In this document: in pieces, positions 10,456 through 20,804 of the stretch
Position numbering within the stretch: position 1 is the first letter of the stretch
How the letters are laid out: the number at the start of each line of letters is the position of its first letter
NCBI GenBank assembly: GCA_963699755.1
Contig: CAVOVB010000001.1
Coordinates: 256,001 to 320,000, forward strand
Origin: an uncultured delta proteobacterium
GTDB lineage: Bacteria > Myxococcota_A > Polyangia > Polyangiales > Houyiibacteriaceae
Direction: 5' to 3'
Length of the DNA stretch: 64,000 bases
Translations under genes and position numbers: made by a program
The notes under the pieces: generated by a model
Told to the model about the DNA's origin: nothing
What the model saw: the letters and a program-made list of their open reading frames with translations, nothing else
Databases searched by the model: none

Positions 10456-10721
10456 GAGCGCAGAAACGCCCTCGCGTGGGGCTCGGTGCTGGGCTTTCCC
10501 GGGGGTGGCCTTCCACGGGATGATATCACAGAGCTCGCAGAGGAAAACGCGCCCACGGGGAGCAGCTGATGCTCAGTCCGAGCTGCGCCGGGGTCTTCTC
10601 CGCGAGCAACCCTGACCTGAAAACCGGCTGAATCGTATCTCGAAGTGCAGGATCGCACGTTGGCGCACTGTGCTCCTTCACTGTTGGAAATCAGAGAATT
10701 TGCGAGGGGGAGCGTCCCCCG

Positions 10722-12752
10722 TTAGTCGGCGCCGTGTTTGGCGATTAGGTCTTGGGCGATTCGCTCGGGGACGGTGTCGTAGTGGCTGAGCTCCATGGTG
10801 TAGCTCCCGCGGCCCTTGGTCATGCTCTTGAGGGCTGGCTCATAGTCCATCATGTCGGCCAATGGAACCGATGCCTTCACGACCGTCCTGCCGCTGCTCA
10901 TCACGTCGGTGCCAAAGATCTTGCCGCGACGGCTAGAGAGATCGCCGGTGATGGACCCGACACTGTCACCGGGCGTCGTCACTTCGATGTTGACGATCGG
11001 CTCGAGGAGCTGAGGCCTAGCTTTGAGAAAGGCCTCTTTGAAGGCGAACTTCCCCGCGGTCTTGAAGGCGATCTCCTTGCTGTCGACCGAGTGTGTCTTG
11101 CCGTCGAAGACGGTCACTCGCACATCTTCGATCGGATAGCCGGCGATGATGCCCTGCCGCATGATGTCACGCACGCCCTTCTCGATGGCCGGCATGAAAC
11201 CCTTCGGGATGACGCCGCCAACGATCTTGTCGACGAACTCGAAACCGCCGCCTCGTTCGAGCGGCTCCACGCGAAGGCTGACTTCCCCGAACTGGCCCGC
11301 ACCACCGCTTTGCTTCTTGTGCCGGTAGTGGCCCTCGGCCTCTCCGATAATCGTCTCGTGGTAGGCGATCTTGGGCAACTTGGTTTCGACCTCGACGCCC
11401 TGATTCCGGATGCGCTCAATCACCAGGTTCACGTGCATCTCGCCCAGGCCGTTGATGACGAGCTCACGCGTTTCGAGCTCGAAGTGAGCTTCGAATGTCG
11501 GGTCTTCCTCACGGATACGGGCAAGGACTTCGGCGATCTTGTCTTCGTCGCCATGCGTCTTGGGAACGACGGCCAGGGCATGGAGAGGGGTGGGATACGG
11601 CAGGGATTTGTGGTGCACGTAGTCGAGGGCGTGGTCGTCGTGGATGACGTCACCAAGGTGCAGCTCTTCCACCTTGGCGATCGCGCCCATGTCGCCCGCA
11701 ATGACCTCCGTCACTGCCGTGCGTTCCTTGCCTTGCATCTGAAAGAGGTGGCTCAGGCGCATGGGCTTCTTCCCGTCCCCGATGAAGAGCTGGTCACCGG
11801 CTCGAAGCGTGCCCTGGTAGACTCGAAAAAGGCAGAGCTTGCCAAGATAAGCATCTGTCGTGACATGGAACACGCGAGCCAAGGGGGTCTTGCTCGCGTC
11901 ATCTGCGTAGATGAACGGCGCTTCCTCTTCTCCTTCGCCGATGAAGAAGGGCCGGGGGTTGCCTTCGGGTGGGCTTGGGAAGTGCTTGACGATGACGTCG
12001 AGCAGCGCCTCCACCCCTGCGCCGCTCAGGGCGTCGGTGAAACACACGGGGACCACGTGCGACTGATCCATCGCGCGCTCGAAAGGTTCGTGAAGGGCTT
12101 CGTAGTTCGGCTCTTCGCCTTCGAGGTATCGCTCCATGAGTGCATCGTCGATCTCGACGACCTGATCGAGGAGCTCCGTGTGGAAGCCCGCAACCGGGCC
12201 AAGGTCGCTTTCTCCCTCTCCGTTCAGCAAACAATCGACGACGGTCGCACCATTGTCCGCAGGAAGGTTGATTGGAAGGCAGCCACGGCCAAAGACTTCC
12301 TTGAGCTCCGCAAGGAATGAGCCGAGCCCGCCGACGCCTGCCCCGATGTGGCTGATCACGATCGCTATCGGAAGATCGAGGCTGCGCGCAAGCCTCACCA
12401 GACGCCGACTCATGCTGTCGATCCCCGCCTCGGGATCCATGACGAGCACCATCGTCTCGGCGGCGGGAAGGCATGCGATCGCTTGTCCGATGAAATCTGG
12501 GGCCCCGGGAAGGTCGAGCACATTGATGCGCTTCCCTTGATGCGTCGCGTGCAAGAGGGAGGAGTAGACGGAGTAGTGATGCGCCTGTTCTTCTTTCTCG
12601 AAGTCGCTCACCGCGGTGCCGGCGTCGACGTTGCCTTGCCGGTTGATCTCGCCGGCTCGAAACAAGAGAGCCTCGGCTAGGCTGGTTTTCCCGCTCGAGC
12701 GCGGGCCCGCGAGGAGGATGTTGTGGATGTCGCTGGTTCCGAAGTCGGGCAT
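10722..12752 (-). CDS. Elongation factor G-like protein (EF-G2 paralog)
   Basis: G1 GPRSSGKTS, DLPG, GLGEMH, HKKQSGGAGQFG, HSVDS, LLEPI; start placed at ATG 12752. Confidence 0.9.
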   Translation of the reverse strand: MPDFGTSDIHNILLAGPRSSGKTSLAEALLFRAGEINRQGNVDAGTAVSDFEKEEQAHHYSVYSSLLHATHQGKRINVLDLPGAPDFIGQAIACLPAAETMVLVMDPEAGIDSMSRRLVRLARSLDLPIAIVISHIGAGVGGLGSFLAELKEVFGRGCLPINLPADNGATVVDCLLNGEGESDLGPVAGFHTELLDQVVEIDDALMERYLEGEEPNYEALHEPFERAMDQSHVVPVCFTDALSGAGVEALLDVIVKHFPSPPEGNPRPFFIGEGEEEAPFIYADDASKTPLARVFHVTTDAYLGKLCLFRVYQGTLRAGDQLFIGDGKKPMRLSHLFQMQGKERTAVTEVIAGDMGAIAKVEELHLGDVIHDDHALDYVHHKSLPYPTPLHALAVVPKTHGDEDKIAEVLARIREEDPTFEAHFELETRELVINGLGEMHVNLVIERIRNQGVEVETKLPKIAYHETIIGEAEGHYRHKKQSGGAGQFGEVSLRVEPLERGGGFEFVDKIVGGVIPKGFMPAIEKGVRDIMRQGIIAGYPIEDVRVTVFDGKTHSVDSKEIAFKTAGKFAFKEAFLKARPQLLEPIVNIEVTTPGDSVGSITGDLSSRRGKIFGTDVMSSGRTVVKASVPLADMMDYEPALKSMTKGRGSYTMELSHYDTVPERIAQDLIAKHGAD

Positions 12753-12866
12753 GGGCGAAGTTGAAGCAAATGTTGAGCAAGGCTGCAAGGCGGCCTGGAA
12801 GATCCCCCACAGGGCCAGAAACACTCGGCTTTTTGAGTGTGCTAGGCCAGCACCGGAACACCGGTC

Positions 12867-13412
12867 CTAGCGCCAGTAGTCGACGCGCCCGTGAAGGAAA
12901 CCGTTTTCGTCGGCCCAAACGGTGTGGCGTTCGTTGAGACGTTCCGCGGGCGATTCTGCGGTCCAGGCTCTCCACTTGACATACGCACACTCGCGCCGTT
13001 CCCGCACCGCTTCCAAGGTCTCCTCATCGTCGCCTCGCTGCGGGACCTCGCCTCCAGTGGGAGCGCCCTTGCATCGCACCTCACTACTTTGTGCGGCGGG
13101 AACGAGCCCCGGCTCCACGGGGAGGTCGCGGTCGTCTCGACTCCGGTATGGCCAAGTATTGAGCCATCGAACGGCTTCCACGACCGTGGCTGCGCGGGCG
13201 CGTTGTCCGTCGTGAGTGACCTCGTCGAGGGAATCCCAAAGAGACGCACTCGAGCAGCAAGGGGTGGCAATCGCGAGAAAACCCTCGCCGGCAGCGCTCC
13301 AGGATGGCGGCTCCTTCTCAGCGTGTTTGAACATTCTGATGCCGGCTATCAGAATGAGAATCGCTGCGACCAGAGCGAGGGCGACAGCAATGCGTTTGTT
13401 CGTTGTCTTCAT
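12867..13412 (-). CDS. Hypothetical membrane-anchored protein
   Basis: ATG start, N-terminal hydrophobic helix, fills the gap in a minus-strand gene run; no recognised domain. Confidence 0.55.
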   Translation of the reverse strand: MKTTNKRIAVALALVAAILILIAGIRMFKHAEKEPPSWSAAGEGFLAIATPCCSSASLWDSLDEVTHDGQRARAATVVEAVRWLNTWPYRSRDDRDLPVEPGLVPAAQSSEVRCKGAPTGGEVPQRGDDEETLEAVRERRECAYVKWRAWTAESPAERLNERHTVWADENGFLHGRVDYWR

Positions 13413-13495
13413 CAGTCTACAGTACTAGCTCAGCGGGGAAACAGGACAAAGCGACAAGTCGTCGAGCGCAGGGCTGGCCACCACCCGTTTGCAGA

Positions 13496-14281
13496 TCATG
13501 CAGAGCTTGTATGATGAGCTCGCGGCGCTGTGGGCGATCGAGTGAAATCAAACAGGAACTCTGGCACCCCGATGCATCGAAGCGGGCGCGCGAGATCCTC
13601 GGGGACGGCGCTCTCAAAACAGACGCGTTCCCCAGTCGTCGGATGCGGAAACGATAGTCGTTGCGCGTGGAGGGCGAGTCGGTAGAGGCCGAGCTCGGCG
13701 CGATAGCGGCGGTTGTCGGCGCCGTTTCCGTAGTTGACGTCACCGGCTAGGGGATGATCGATGCGTCTGAGGTGGCGGCGGATCTGATGCCGACGCCCAG
13801 TTCGCGGTCGAGCTTCGACCAGTGAGAGACGCCGGTCGGCGACGAAGAGCGTTTCGTATTCGGTCACCGACTCAACGTCAGGCCCCCCTTCCCGTTTGGC
13901 CATCGGGCTGTCGATCACGCCGCGTGCCGGGGGCGTACCTCGCACGAGCGCCAGGTATGTCTTGCCGACGTCTCGGGCGCTGAACGATGCCTGGAGAGTC
14001 CGGGCGTGCTCTGGCGAGAGAGCGAACACGAGGACGCCACTGGTCGCACGATCGAGGCGATGCACCGGGTACACCCACTGGCCGATCGCCTTCCGTGTGA
14101 GGTTGAGGGCAAACGTCGAGCTCTGGTCATCGCCGCGATGAACCGATAGGCCCGAGGGCTTGTCGACGACGACGATCGCGTCATCGTGATAGAGCACGTC
14201 GACAGAGGTTGGGACCGGCGGCGTGCGGTGCGCCCTCGGGTCGATGATGGCTTGCGAGCTCCCTTTGCAATCACTGTTCAT
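13496..14281 (-). CDS. RluA/TruC-family pseudouridine synthase
   Basis: DKPSGL, VHRLDRATSG (catalytic Asp), KTYLALV, TGRRHQIRRH, LALHA; exact start uncertain. Confidence 0.9.
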   Translation of the reverse strand: MNSDCKGSSQAIIDPRAHRTPPVPTSVDVLYHDDAIVVVDKPSGLSVHRGDDQSSTFALNLTRKAIGQWVYPVHRLDRATSGVLVFALSPEHARTLQASFSARDVGKTYLALVRGTPPARGVIDSPMAKREGGPDVESVTEYETLFVADRRLSLVEARPRTGRRHQIRRHLRRIDHPLAGDVNYGNGADNRRYRAELGLYRLALHAQRLSFPHPTTGERVCFESAVPEDLARPLRCIGVPEFLFDFTRSPTAPRAHHTSSA

Positions 14282-14293
14282 CGTGCCGTCCCA

Positions 14294-14629
14294 TCAATGA
14301 GCGACCGAGCTCGAGTACAGGTGAATGATCGCGACGCCGGCGATGATCAGCGCCATGCCGATGATGGTTGGTAGATCGGGGACTTGCCGGTACACGACTG
14401 CGCCAGCCAGGGCGACGAGCACCACGCCAACTCCCGCCCATACCGCGTACGCGATACCGACCGGAATGTGTTCGACCACGAGCGAGAGCATGTAGAAGGC
14501 AAGCGCGTAGCCGCCGATGACCAGGACGCTTGGAATCAGCTGGGAAAATCCCGCCGATGCCTTGAGGGCACTGGTGGCCACGACTTCGGCAACAATCGCG
14601 ATACCAAGATAGGCGTAGGCGAGTTTCAT
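14294..14629 (-). CDS. SMR-family small multidrug efflux protein (EmrE/QacE type)
   Basis: Four TM helices, AEVVATSALKAS (conserved Glu), GIAYAVWAGVG; GGAGGAG RBS. Confidence 0.92.
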   Translation of the reverse strand: MKLAYAYLGIAIVAEVVATSALKASAGFSQLIPSVLVIGGYALAFYMLSLVVEHIPVGIAYAVWAGVGVVLVALAGAVVYRQVPDLPTIIGMALIIAGVAIIHLYSSSVAH

Positions 14630-14707
14630 CGTGTCTCCTCCTGTGCTTCGGCTGCTGAAGCCGACCGTTGGGGCGATTTCCGGAATTTTGAAGCGGCGTG
14701 CCCTTGC

Positions 14708-15703
14708 TCAATTGGAAACCTCTGCGACGTGAACAACAGCACCACCACGGTGCACAATTGGGGACGTCACGTGTCCGATGATCACACCTCCGCCCTTGGC
14801 TTTCACGGGCATCTGATTGCGTCCGAGCGCGTCGAAGATCAGGGCCAGCGTATCGCCCCGGTGTACGTCTGCTCCGAGGTGTACGACCATTTCGCAGAAG
14901 CCCGTTCGTGGAGCCCGTACCCATGCGCTCGAGCGAGAGATGCGAGGTGGAGGGCCACCCGATACGAGACCTTCCGGTACCATCTGGAGCGCCTTCATCA
15001 CCCGAAGCACGCCAGAAACACCGACCTCGATGGCCGTTGCATCGAAGCGGTTCGCCTCGCCTGCCTCGTACAGCAACACTGTCTTTCCGAGGTCCGTGGC
15101 AGCCGCTCTGAGTGATCCATCACGCAAACGAGAATGGACGGTCATGGGGGCGCCGAACTCCCGCGCGAGCCGAAGCGCGTTCGGATTCTCGATGTCGCAT
15201 CGTAGCTGCGGAAGGTTGGTTCTCCCGCCCGACCCGGTATGCAGATCCAGCCCTACCTCACATCGCGCGACGATTTCGGTCATGAAGAGGTTTGCCAATT
15301 GCGACGCGGAAGACCCGCGTTTCGATCCGGGAAAGCTGCGATTGAGGTCGCGCCTGTCAGGCAAGTAGCGGGACTCTTGGACCACTCCGAAGGCGTTGAC
15401 GACAGGCACGGCGAGCACCGTTCCGCACAGCTCCTCTGGAATGATTCGGTCGAGGACGTGGCGAATGATCGGAATACCGTTCAGCTCATCTCCGTGGATT
15501 GCGGAGCTGATCCAAATCACAGGCCCTGGATTTCTGCCGTGCAGGACGCCGACTGGGAGCGACAGCCAAATGCCGGTCGGCAGACGGGCAACCCGCAGCT
15601 CGGTTTGGGTGAGCTTTCCTGCCGGAGCTGCCAAGCCGTTGATCTCAAAAGGGGCGCTCGCGTTAGCCTTGAATCCGGTCTTTGGTTTTGCCGACCTTGG
15701 CAT
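14708..15703 (-). CDS. Succinylglutamate desuccinylase/aspartoacylase (M14-like) family protein
   Basis: [25 protein letters not shown]; start uncertain (ATG 15703 overlaps the rimK end). Confidence 0.9.
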   Translation of the reverse strand: MPRSAKPKTGFKANASAPFEINGLAAPAGKLTQTELRVARLPTGIWLSLPVGVLHGRNPGPVIWISSAIHGDELNGIPIIRHVLDRIIPEELCGTVLAVPVVNAFGVVQESRYLPDRRDLNRSFPGSKRGSSASQLANLFMTEIVARCEVGLDLHTGSGGRTNLPQLRCDIENPNALRLAREFGAPMTVHSRLRDGSLRAAATDLGKTVLLYEAGEANRFDATAIEVGVSGVLRVMKALQMVPEGLVSGGPPPRISRSSAWVRAPRTGFCEMVVHLGADVHRGDTLALIFDALGRNQMPVKAKGGGVIIGHVTSPIVHRGGAVVHVAEVSN

Positions 15704-16565
15704 TTCTCTCCAGGTATTCGATGACGATGCCCGCAACGTCCTTGCCGCTCGACGCTTCGATGCCCTCGAGCCCCGGCGAAGAGTTGACCTCCATCACTAC
15801 AGGCCCATGATTGGACCGAAGCATGTCGACGCCGGCGACCCGCAGGCCGAGCTTATTTGCAGAGCGTGTCGCCGTGCTCCTCTCCTCGGGTGTGAGCTTC
15901 ACGCTGCTTGCGAGTCCCCCGCGGTGAAGGTTGGATCGGAACTCACCCTCGGGCCCCTGCCGTTTCATGGTGGCGACGACCTTGTCTCCGACGACAAACG
16001 CACGAATGTCTGCGCCCCCCGCCTCTTTGATGAACTCTTGAACCAAGATGTTGGCATCGAGCTGAATGAAGGCGGCCATGACCGACTCCGCCGCCTTGTC
16101 GGTTTCCGCCAGGACCACGCCCATGCCCTGCGTCCCTTCCAAGAGCTTGATGATGACCGGGGCCCCACCCACCATCTTGATCAAACCCTCGATGTCTTTG
16201 GTGGAACGCGCGAATCCGGTCACGGGCAAGCCGATTCCCTCGCGAGCCAGCAGCTGGAGCGCGCGCAACTTGTCGCGTGACCGGGAAATCGCCTGCGAGG
16301 TGTTGAGCGGAAAGGTCTTCATCATTTCAAACTGTCGGACGACGGCCGTTCCATAGAACGTATGGGAAGCTCCAATACGCGGAATCACCGCGTCGAAGTG
16401 AAGTGCTTTGCCGCTGAGCAAGACCTGTGGTCGGTGCGAGGTGATGTTCATGTAGCATCGCGTGAAGTCGACCACGCGCACCTCGTGCCCTCGTTCGGCC
16501 GCCGCCTCTTTGAGGCGCCGGGTCGAGTAGAGCTTTGGGTTTCTGGAAAGGATTCCAATTCTCAT
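15663..16565 (-). CDS. rimK: RimK alpha-L-glutamate ligase
   Basis: [53 protein letters not shown]. Confidence 0.95.
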   Translation of the reverse strand: MRIGILSRNPKLYSTRRLKEAAAERGHEVRVVDFTRCYMNITSHRPQVLLSGKALHFDAVIPRIGASHTFYGTAVVRQFEMMKTFPLNTSQAISRSRDKLRALQLLAREGIGLPVTGFARSTKDIEGLIKMVGGAPVIIKLLEGTQGMGVVLAETDKAAESVMAAFIQLDANILVQEFIKEAGGADIRAFVVGDKVVATMKRQGPEGEFRSNLHRGGLASSVKLTPEERSTATRSANKLGLRVAGVDMLRSNHGPVVMEVNSSPGLEGIEASSGKDVAGIVIEYLERNAKVGKTKDRIQG

Positions 16566-17065
16566 CGCCGCCCCCCGTGTTGCCGCCTCTTGTGTCTCTT
16601 TGGAACCAGTTCCCGATGCAAATACGATCGATTCGGATCAACCACAAACCGGCCTCGGATCGCCTCACGGCCGAGCAGCATGCGAAACCCCATCTCATCG
16701 CGTGAAGTGAGGGTCAGCTCGATGGGCCAGGTCTCGTTTGCAAGGAGGAGCGGACTTCGAATGATGGGACGAAGCTCCCTGTGCCCGCTCGAGCTCTTGA
16801 CGTGCCGGTATTCGTACAGGCGCGCCTTGCACTGAACGATTGTCACCGAATCGCGTTGAATCGGGTGGACCTTGAAGTGAACCCAGGGGTGCTTGCCCTC
16901 GCCTGGCACCTGGATGTCGAAGGCGTGCAAGGACGAGCTGCGGGCTCCGGTGTCGATTTTTGCCTTGATCCGTCCTATCCCGAGGTCGGGCAGCGCAAGC
17001 CACTCACGCCATCCGATCGCAGGGGGCTGATGCGGACCAGCAGCTCTGCGAAGTTTGTCGCTCAT
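16562..17065 (-). CDS. RimK-associated retropepsin-like protease (RimB / putative ATP-dependent Zn protease family)
   Basis: [35 protein letters not shown]; 4-nt overlap with rimK. Confidence 0.9.
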   Translation of the reverse strand: MSDKLRRAAGPHQPPAIGWREWLALPDLGIGRIKAKIDTGARSSSLHAFDIQVPGEGKHPWVHFKVHPIQRDSVTIVQCKARLYEYRHVKSSSGHRELRPIIRSPLLLANETWPIELTLTSRDEMGFRMLLGREAIRGRFVVDPNRSYLHRELVPKRHKRRQHGGRR

Positions 17066-17201
17066 GACTTCAGCGCTCTTTTCGTTCTCGAGGCGGTGCC
17101 TCGGCGCTGATCTCGTCTGTGCTCGCAAGAGACCCCGCAAAACCTCTCTGCACACCTCGTCGGATGCTGCGGCCAATGCCGCGCTTTCCGCCCAGGCCCA
17201 A

Positions 17202-18527
17202 TCATGTTGCCGGCTCCGGGTTCCCTTGGCGTTCGAAGCGCAGTCGCAAGACACGGTGCCGGAGCACCTGGAGAACGGTCACGCGGTACTCGCCCACCTC
17301 GAGCGTGTCACCTCGCTTTGGCATTCGGGCGAGATCCGAAATGATGTAGCCGGCGATGGTGTCCGCCTCGTCCTCATCCAATGAGATACCGAGAAAGTCC
17401 GCAGCCTCCGGTAAGGGAACGTTACCTGCAAGCTCGAATACGCCGGGCGAGATCTCGGACATCTCGCTTCGCTCCTCATCGAATTCGTCGTGAATCGGCC
17501 CGACGATTTCCTCGAGCGCGTCCTCGAGAAAAGCCAGGCCAATGATCGTCCCGTGCTCATCGACCACCGCCGCCGCATGGGTTTGGGTTCGCTGAAGCTC
17601 TACGATGAAGCGGGAGAGGGGCTGTGTATCGGGAACGGTCGGCATGCTCAGCGCGAGCGCCTCGAGGCGGAGCTCCTTGTCCTGAAGCAGCTCGGCCAGG
17701 ACGGTTCTCGCATGCACGACCCCTCGAATGTGATCGAGATCGGAGTCACCGAGCGGGTATCGTGAATGACCGGTTTCACGGAGAATCCGAAGGTTCTCCT
17801 CGATCGTGTTGGCCGTAGACAAGAACGCGACGTCTACGCGCGGCAGCATGATGTGGCGCACCTCGAGGCGCATCAACGCTAGGACGTTGTCGCCGATCGA
17901 CCTCTGTCGCGCGGTGATGTGTCCGGCCCGCGCCGAAGACGCCAGGATCGAGCGTAGCTCATCGATGCTGGCGGACGCTTCGTGCTCATCGGAAATCCTC
18001 AATCCAGCGATGCGCAACAGGCCGTTGGAGAGCGCGTTGATGAAGGCGATCAGCGGCCGAAGGGCAGTTGCAAAGCCATACAGCGGATATGCGACCAGTA
18101 GGCAAATCGACTCGGCCCGCTGAATCGCCCAGACCTTCGGGGCTTGCTCACCCACGGTCATATGCAGAATCGTGATGATGGCAAGCGCGAAGCCAAGCGC
18201 AATCCAATGAAGCGTCGCTCCTTCACGAATTTGAATGCCGGCTAGACCTGCGAGCTCGATGAGAAGCCGCGCAACCGCGGGCTCCGCCAGCCAGCCGAGG
18301 ACGAGGCTCGCGATCGTGATCCCGAGTTGGCAAGCAGAGAGGTACAGGTCCAAGCGCAGCAGCATCCGCTGAACGATTGCGGCCCGGCGGTCGCCCGTGC
18401 GAGCGAGTGCATCGATTCGCATTGGCCGGACCTTGACCAGGCCAAACTCTGCCGCGACGAAAAAGCCGTTCAGGAAGACGAAGACTGCCGTGGCAAGGAG
18501 CTTCCAGAGGACCGTGGTGTCTTGCAC
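17202..18527 (-). CDS. HlyC/CorC/CNNM family transporter (CNNM + CBS pair + CorC)
   Basis: NGFFVAAEF, CQLGIT, GEQAPK, MLPR, HSRYP, VDEHG, EDALEEIVG.I.DEFD. Confidence 0.92.
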   Translation of the reverse strand: MQDTTVLWKLLATAVFVFLNGFFVAAEFGLVKVRPMRIDALARTGDRRAAIVQRMLLRLDLYLSACQLGITIASLVLGWLAEPAVARLLIELAGLAGIQIREGATLHWIALGFALAIITILHMTVGEQAPKVWAIQRAESICLLVAYPLYGFATALRPLIAFINALSNGLLRIAGLRISDEHEASASIDELRSILASSARAGHITARQRSIGDNVLALMRLEVRHIMLPRVDVAFLSTANTIEENLRILRETGHSRYPLGDSDLDHIRGVVHARTVLAELLQDKELRLEALALSMPTVPDTQPLSRFIVELQRTQTHAAAVVDEHGTIIGLAFLEDALEEIVGPIHDEFDEERSEMSEISPGVFELAGNVPLPEAADFLGISLDEDEADTIAGYIISDLARMPKRGDTLEVGEYRVTVLQVLRHRVLRLRFERQGNPEPAT

Positions 18528-18652
18528 GCGAAGCTGAGCCTAGCACCAATTCACAGGTGCCATGAGGAAGAATGCTTCCCAGCGGTGAGACCCGAAGCCC
18601 AGCTCTCCTTCCGCAAGGTCAGCTTACGCTTCGCGCCCCAGATACTCTCGCT

Positions 18653-19957
18653 CTAAGAGGCGGCGAGCATATCGGCGAACCAAGTGGCCAGCCCGAGGAA
18701 GGTGAAGAAGCCGACGATGTCCGTCACCGTGGTGAGAATGATGGACGACGCCGTCGCCGGGTCCCTGTTCAACTTGACCAAGGTCACCGGGATGACTGCG
18801 CCTGCCGCCGACGCCGCGATCATAGAGACGATCATGGCGAGGAACATGACGAGGGAGAGGCCGAGGTTTCGACTCCAGGCGTAGACACCGATCGAGGTCA
18901 CGGTGGCGATGGCAATACCATTGACCAGGCCGATCAAGAGCTCCTTGACGAGCACACGAAAGGCTTCTGAAACCCGAAATTCACGCAGCGCGAGGCCGCG
19001 CATAGTGACTGCAAGCGCCTGGGCCCCAGTGTTGCCCGATTGCCCCGCCACGACGGGGAGGAGAACAGCGACGGCTGTGAAACGTGCGATGGTACCCTCG
19101 AAAAGGCCCACGACGGAGGCGGCCATGAAGGCGGTGACCAAGTTGATGTTGAGCCAGGGGAGGCGACTTCGAACACCGACCCAGGGTCGTGACAGTGCGC
19201 GTTCCTCCTTGGAGCCACCCACCATTTGCTGAAGGTCCATGATCGCGTCCTCCTGCGCGGCCTCGAGCAAGCCGACTTGCCGAATGATGCCGATGACTCT
19301 GCTCTGAAGGTCCACGACCGGGAGGCTCGATAGTTGATATTCGTTCAGGAGCTCGACCACGTCCTCACGCGGCGTCATCGGATGAACGAACGCGACGCGC
19401 GGACTCATCAGCTCCGCGAGCGGCTGCTCGGGTTTTGCTCCGACCACGTCTTGCAGGCGGACGACCCCTTTGAACTTCCCGTCATCGTCCGTGATGACGA
19501 GGTCGGAGATCCGTCGATTCCGAAGCCCCTGAATTCGGCGGAGCGCCTCGCCGACTGATGTTTCGCTGCTGAACAGCGCTACCCGGGCGTCCATTAGCTT
19601 GCCCGCGGTACCGGGAGGAAATGCCAGAATCTCTTGAATCTCCTTCCCAAGGGCCGGAGGGACCGAGGCTAGGAGCATGGCTCTGGTGTCTTCCGATAGA
19701 CGGGCGAGCAAGTTTGCCGCGCGTGCTGGGTCGAACGCTGAGATCAGATGGTGGACCCCCTCTGTGCCGGCAGCGGCGAGCACCTCGGCGGCATGATCGG
19801 GCTGCATGTAGCGAAGCAGTGTCGCATTGGTATCCGGTGACTCCTCGGCAAGCACGCGCGCCACGTCGTCCGGCGAAGCGCTCTCCATCTGTCGCGCTGC
19901 CTCGGCCGGATGCAAGTGCAAAAAATGCCGAACCACCTCCCGAATCGCGCTATGCAC
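18653..19957 (-). CDS. mgtE: Magnesium transporter MgtE
   Basis: TAGKLM, CBS pair, RLPWL, GQSGNTGAQ, DPATASS..LTTVTD; start placed at GTG 19957. Confidence 0.9.
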   Translation of the reverse strand: MHSAIREVVRHFLHLHPAEAARQMESASPDDVARVLAEESPDTNATLLRYMQPDHAAEVLAAAGTEGVHHLISAFDPARAANLLARLSEDTRAMLLASVPPALGKEIQEILAFPPGTAGKLMDARVALFSSETSVGEALRRIQGLRNRRISDLVITDDDGKFKGVVRLQDVVGAKPEQPLAELMSPRVAFVHPMTPREDVVELLNEYQLSSLPVVDLQSRVIGIIRQVGLLEAAQEDAIMDLQQMVGGSKEERALSRPWVGVRSRLPWLNINLVTAFMAASVVGLFEGTIARFTAVAVLLPVVAGQSGNTGAQALAVTMRGLALREFRVSEAFRVLVKELLIGLVNGIAIATVTSIGVYAWSRNLGLSLVMFLAMIVSMIAASAAGAVIPVTLVKLNRDPATASSIILTTVTDIVGFFTFLGLATWFADMLAAS

Positions 19958-20804
19958 CGCCCGCGCTCCCTTCGGATCGCTGGCTCCCAAGCACGGCCGA
20001 GCTCGCCAAGTCGAAGAGCCCCCGCAGTCCAAGGCCATAGAGCTCGCCGAGCGACGCTGCGGTCAGCGCTCCCTGATCTTCGAGCCGAGCTTCATCCCAC
20101 CGCTGTTCGAGCTTGCGAATGGTCTCGTACCGAATGACCCCGACGAAGCGCCCGTCCGCCTCGACGACTGGCATCGCATGGACGCGCTTCCACGCCGGGT
20201 GCGCCAAGACTGACTGCCAGCTGGCTCGCGCGGGCAGAGCGGCGACCTCGCGGACGGCGATGAGTCCGACGAGCTGGTCCGGTCGCGCACCCAGCAGCTC
20301 GCGCGTGTTGACGACGCCCACGAGCTTCTGGCCTTCGTCGACCAGGTACAGGTAGTACAGCGCGTGCGCTGGATCGCGGCGGACTCGCTCCACGGCATCC
20401 GCCACGGATAGGCCTGCTGAGACGGAGATGACCCCCGGGTCCATCACGGCGCCTGCGCTTCCGTCGGCATAACGAAGCAGACGCTCCAGCCCTTTGCGCG
20501 CTGAAGGGCTCACATGCTCCATGACGGACGAGCGTTGCTCCGCGCCCATGGTACGAAGGATCGCGGCGGCGACGTCGCTGCGAGTTGCCGACAAGGCATC
20601 GGCAGCCTGCTCGGCAGGCAGAAGCTCCAGCACGTTCGCGCCGGTGGTAGGGGTAAGACATCGGAGCAGCCCCGAAAAAGGGCCAACCGGTAAGGCCTCC
20701 ATCACCTCGGCAGCATCGGAGGTCGGCATGGATTCCAAGACCCTTGCGGATTGAGCAGGGTGTGTAGAAACGAATTGCTGGAGCAGGCTAGCCTCGAGCG
20801 TCAT
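19950..20804 (-). CDS. MgtE N-terminal + CBS domain protein lacking the membrane domain
   Basis: Helical MgtE_N-like region, LLRYADGSAGAVM, YYLYLVD..KLVGVV CBS pair. Confidence 0.8.
   Translation of the reverse strand: MTLEASLLQQFVSTHPAQSARVLESMPTSDAAEVMEALPVGPFSGLLRCLTPTTGANVLELLPAEQAADALSATRSDVAAAILRTMGAEQRSSVMEHVSPSARKGLERLLRYADGSAGAVMDPGVISVSAGLSVADAVERVRRDPAHALYYLYLVDEGQKLVGVVNTRELLGARPDQLVGLIAVREVAALPARASWQSVLAHPAWKRVHAMPVVEADGRFVGVIRYETIRKLEQRWDEARLEDQGALTAASLGELYGLGLRGLFDLASSAVLGSQRSEGSAGGA

Noticed and set aside
10706..10720. ggggga-gcg-tccccc hairpin after the EF-G-like gene as a terminator
   Set aside because: Short stem and no U-tract on the coding strand.
14630..14707. Guanidine riboswitch upstream of the SMR gene
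   Set aside because: No paired ACGR-loop hairpins or other ykkC-type features seen, and the protein looks EmrE/QacE-type rather than Gdx.
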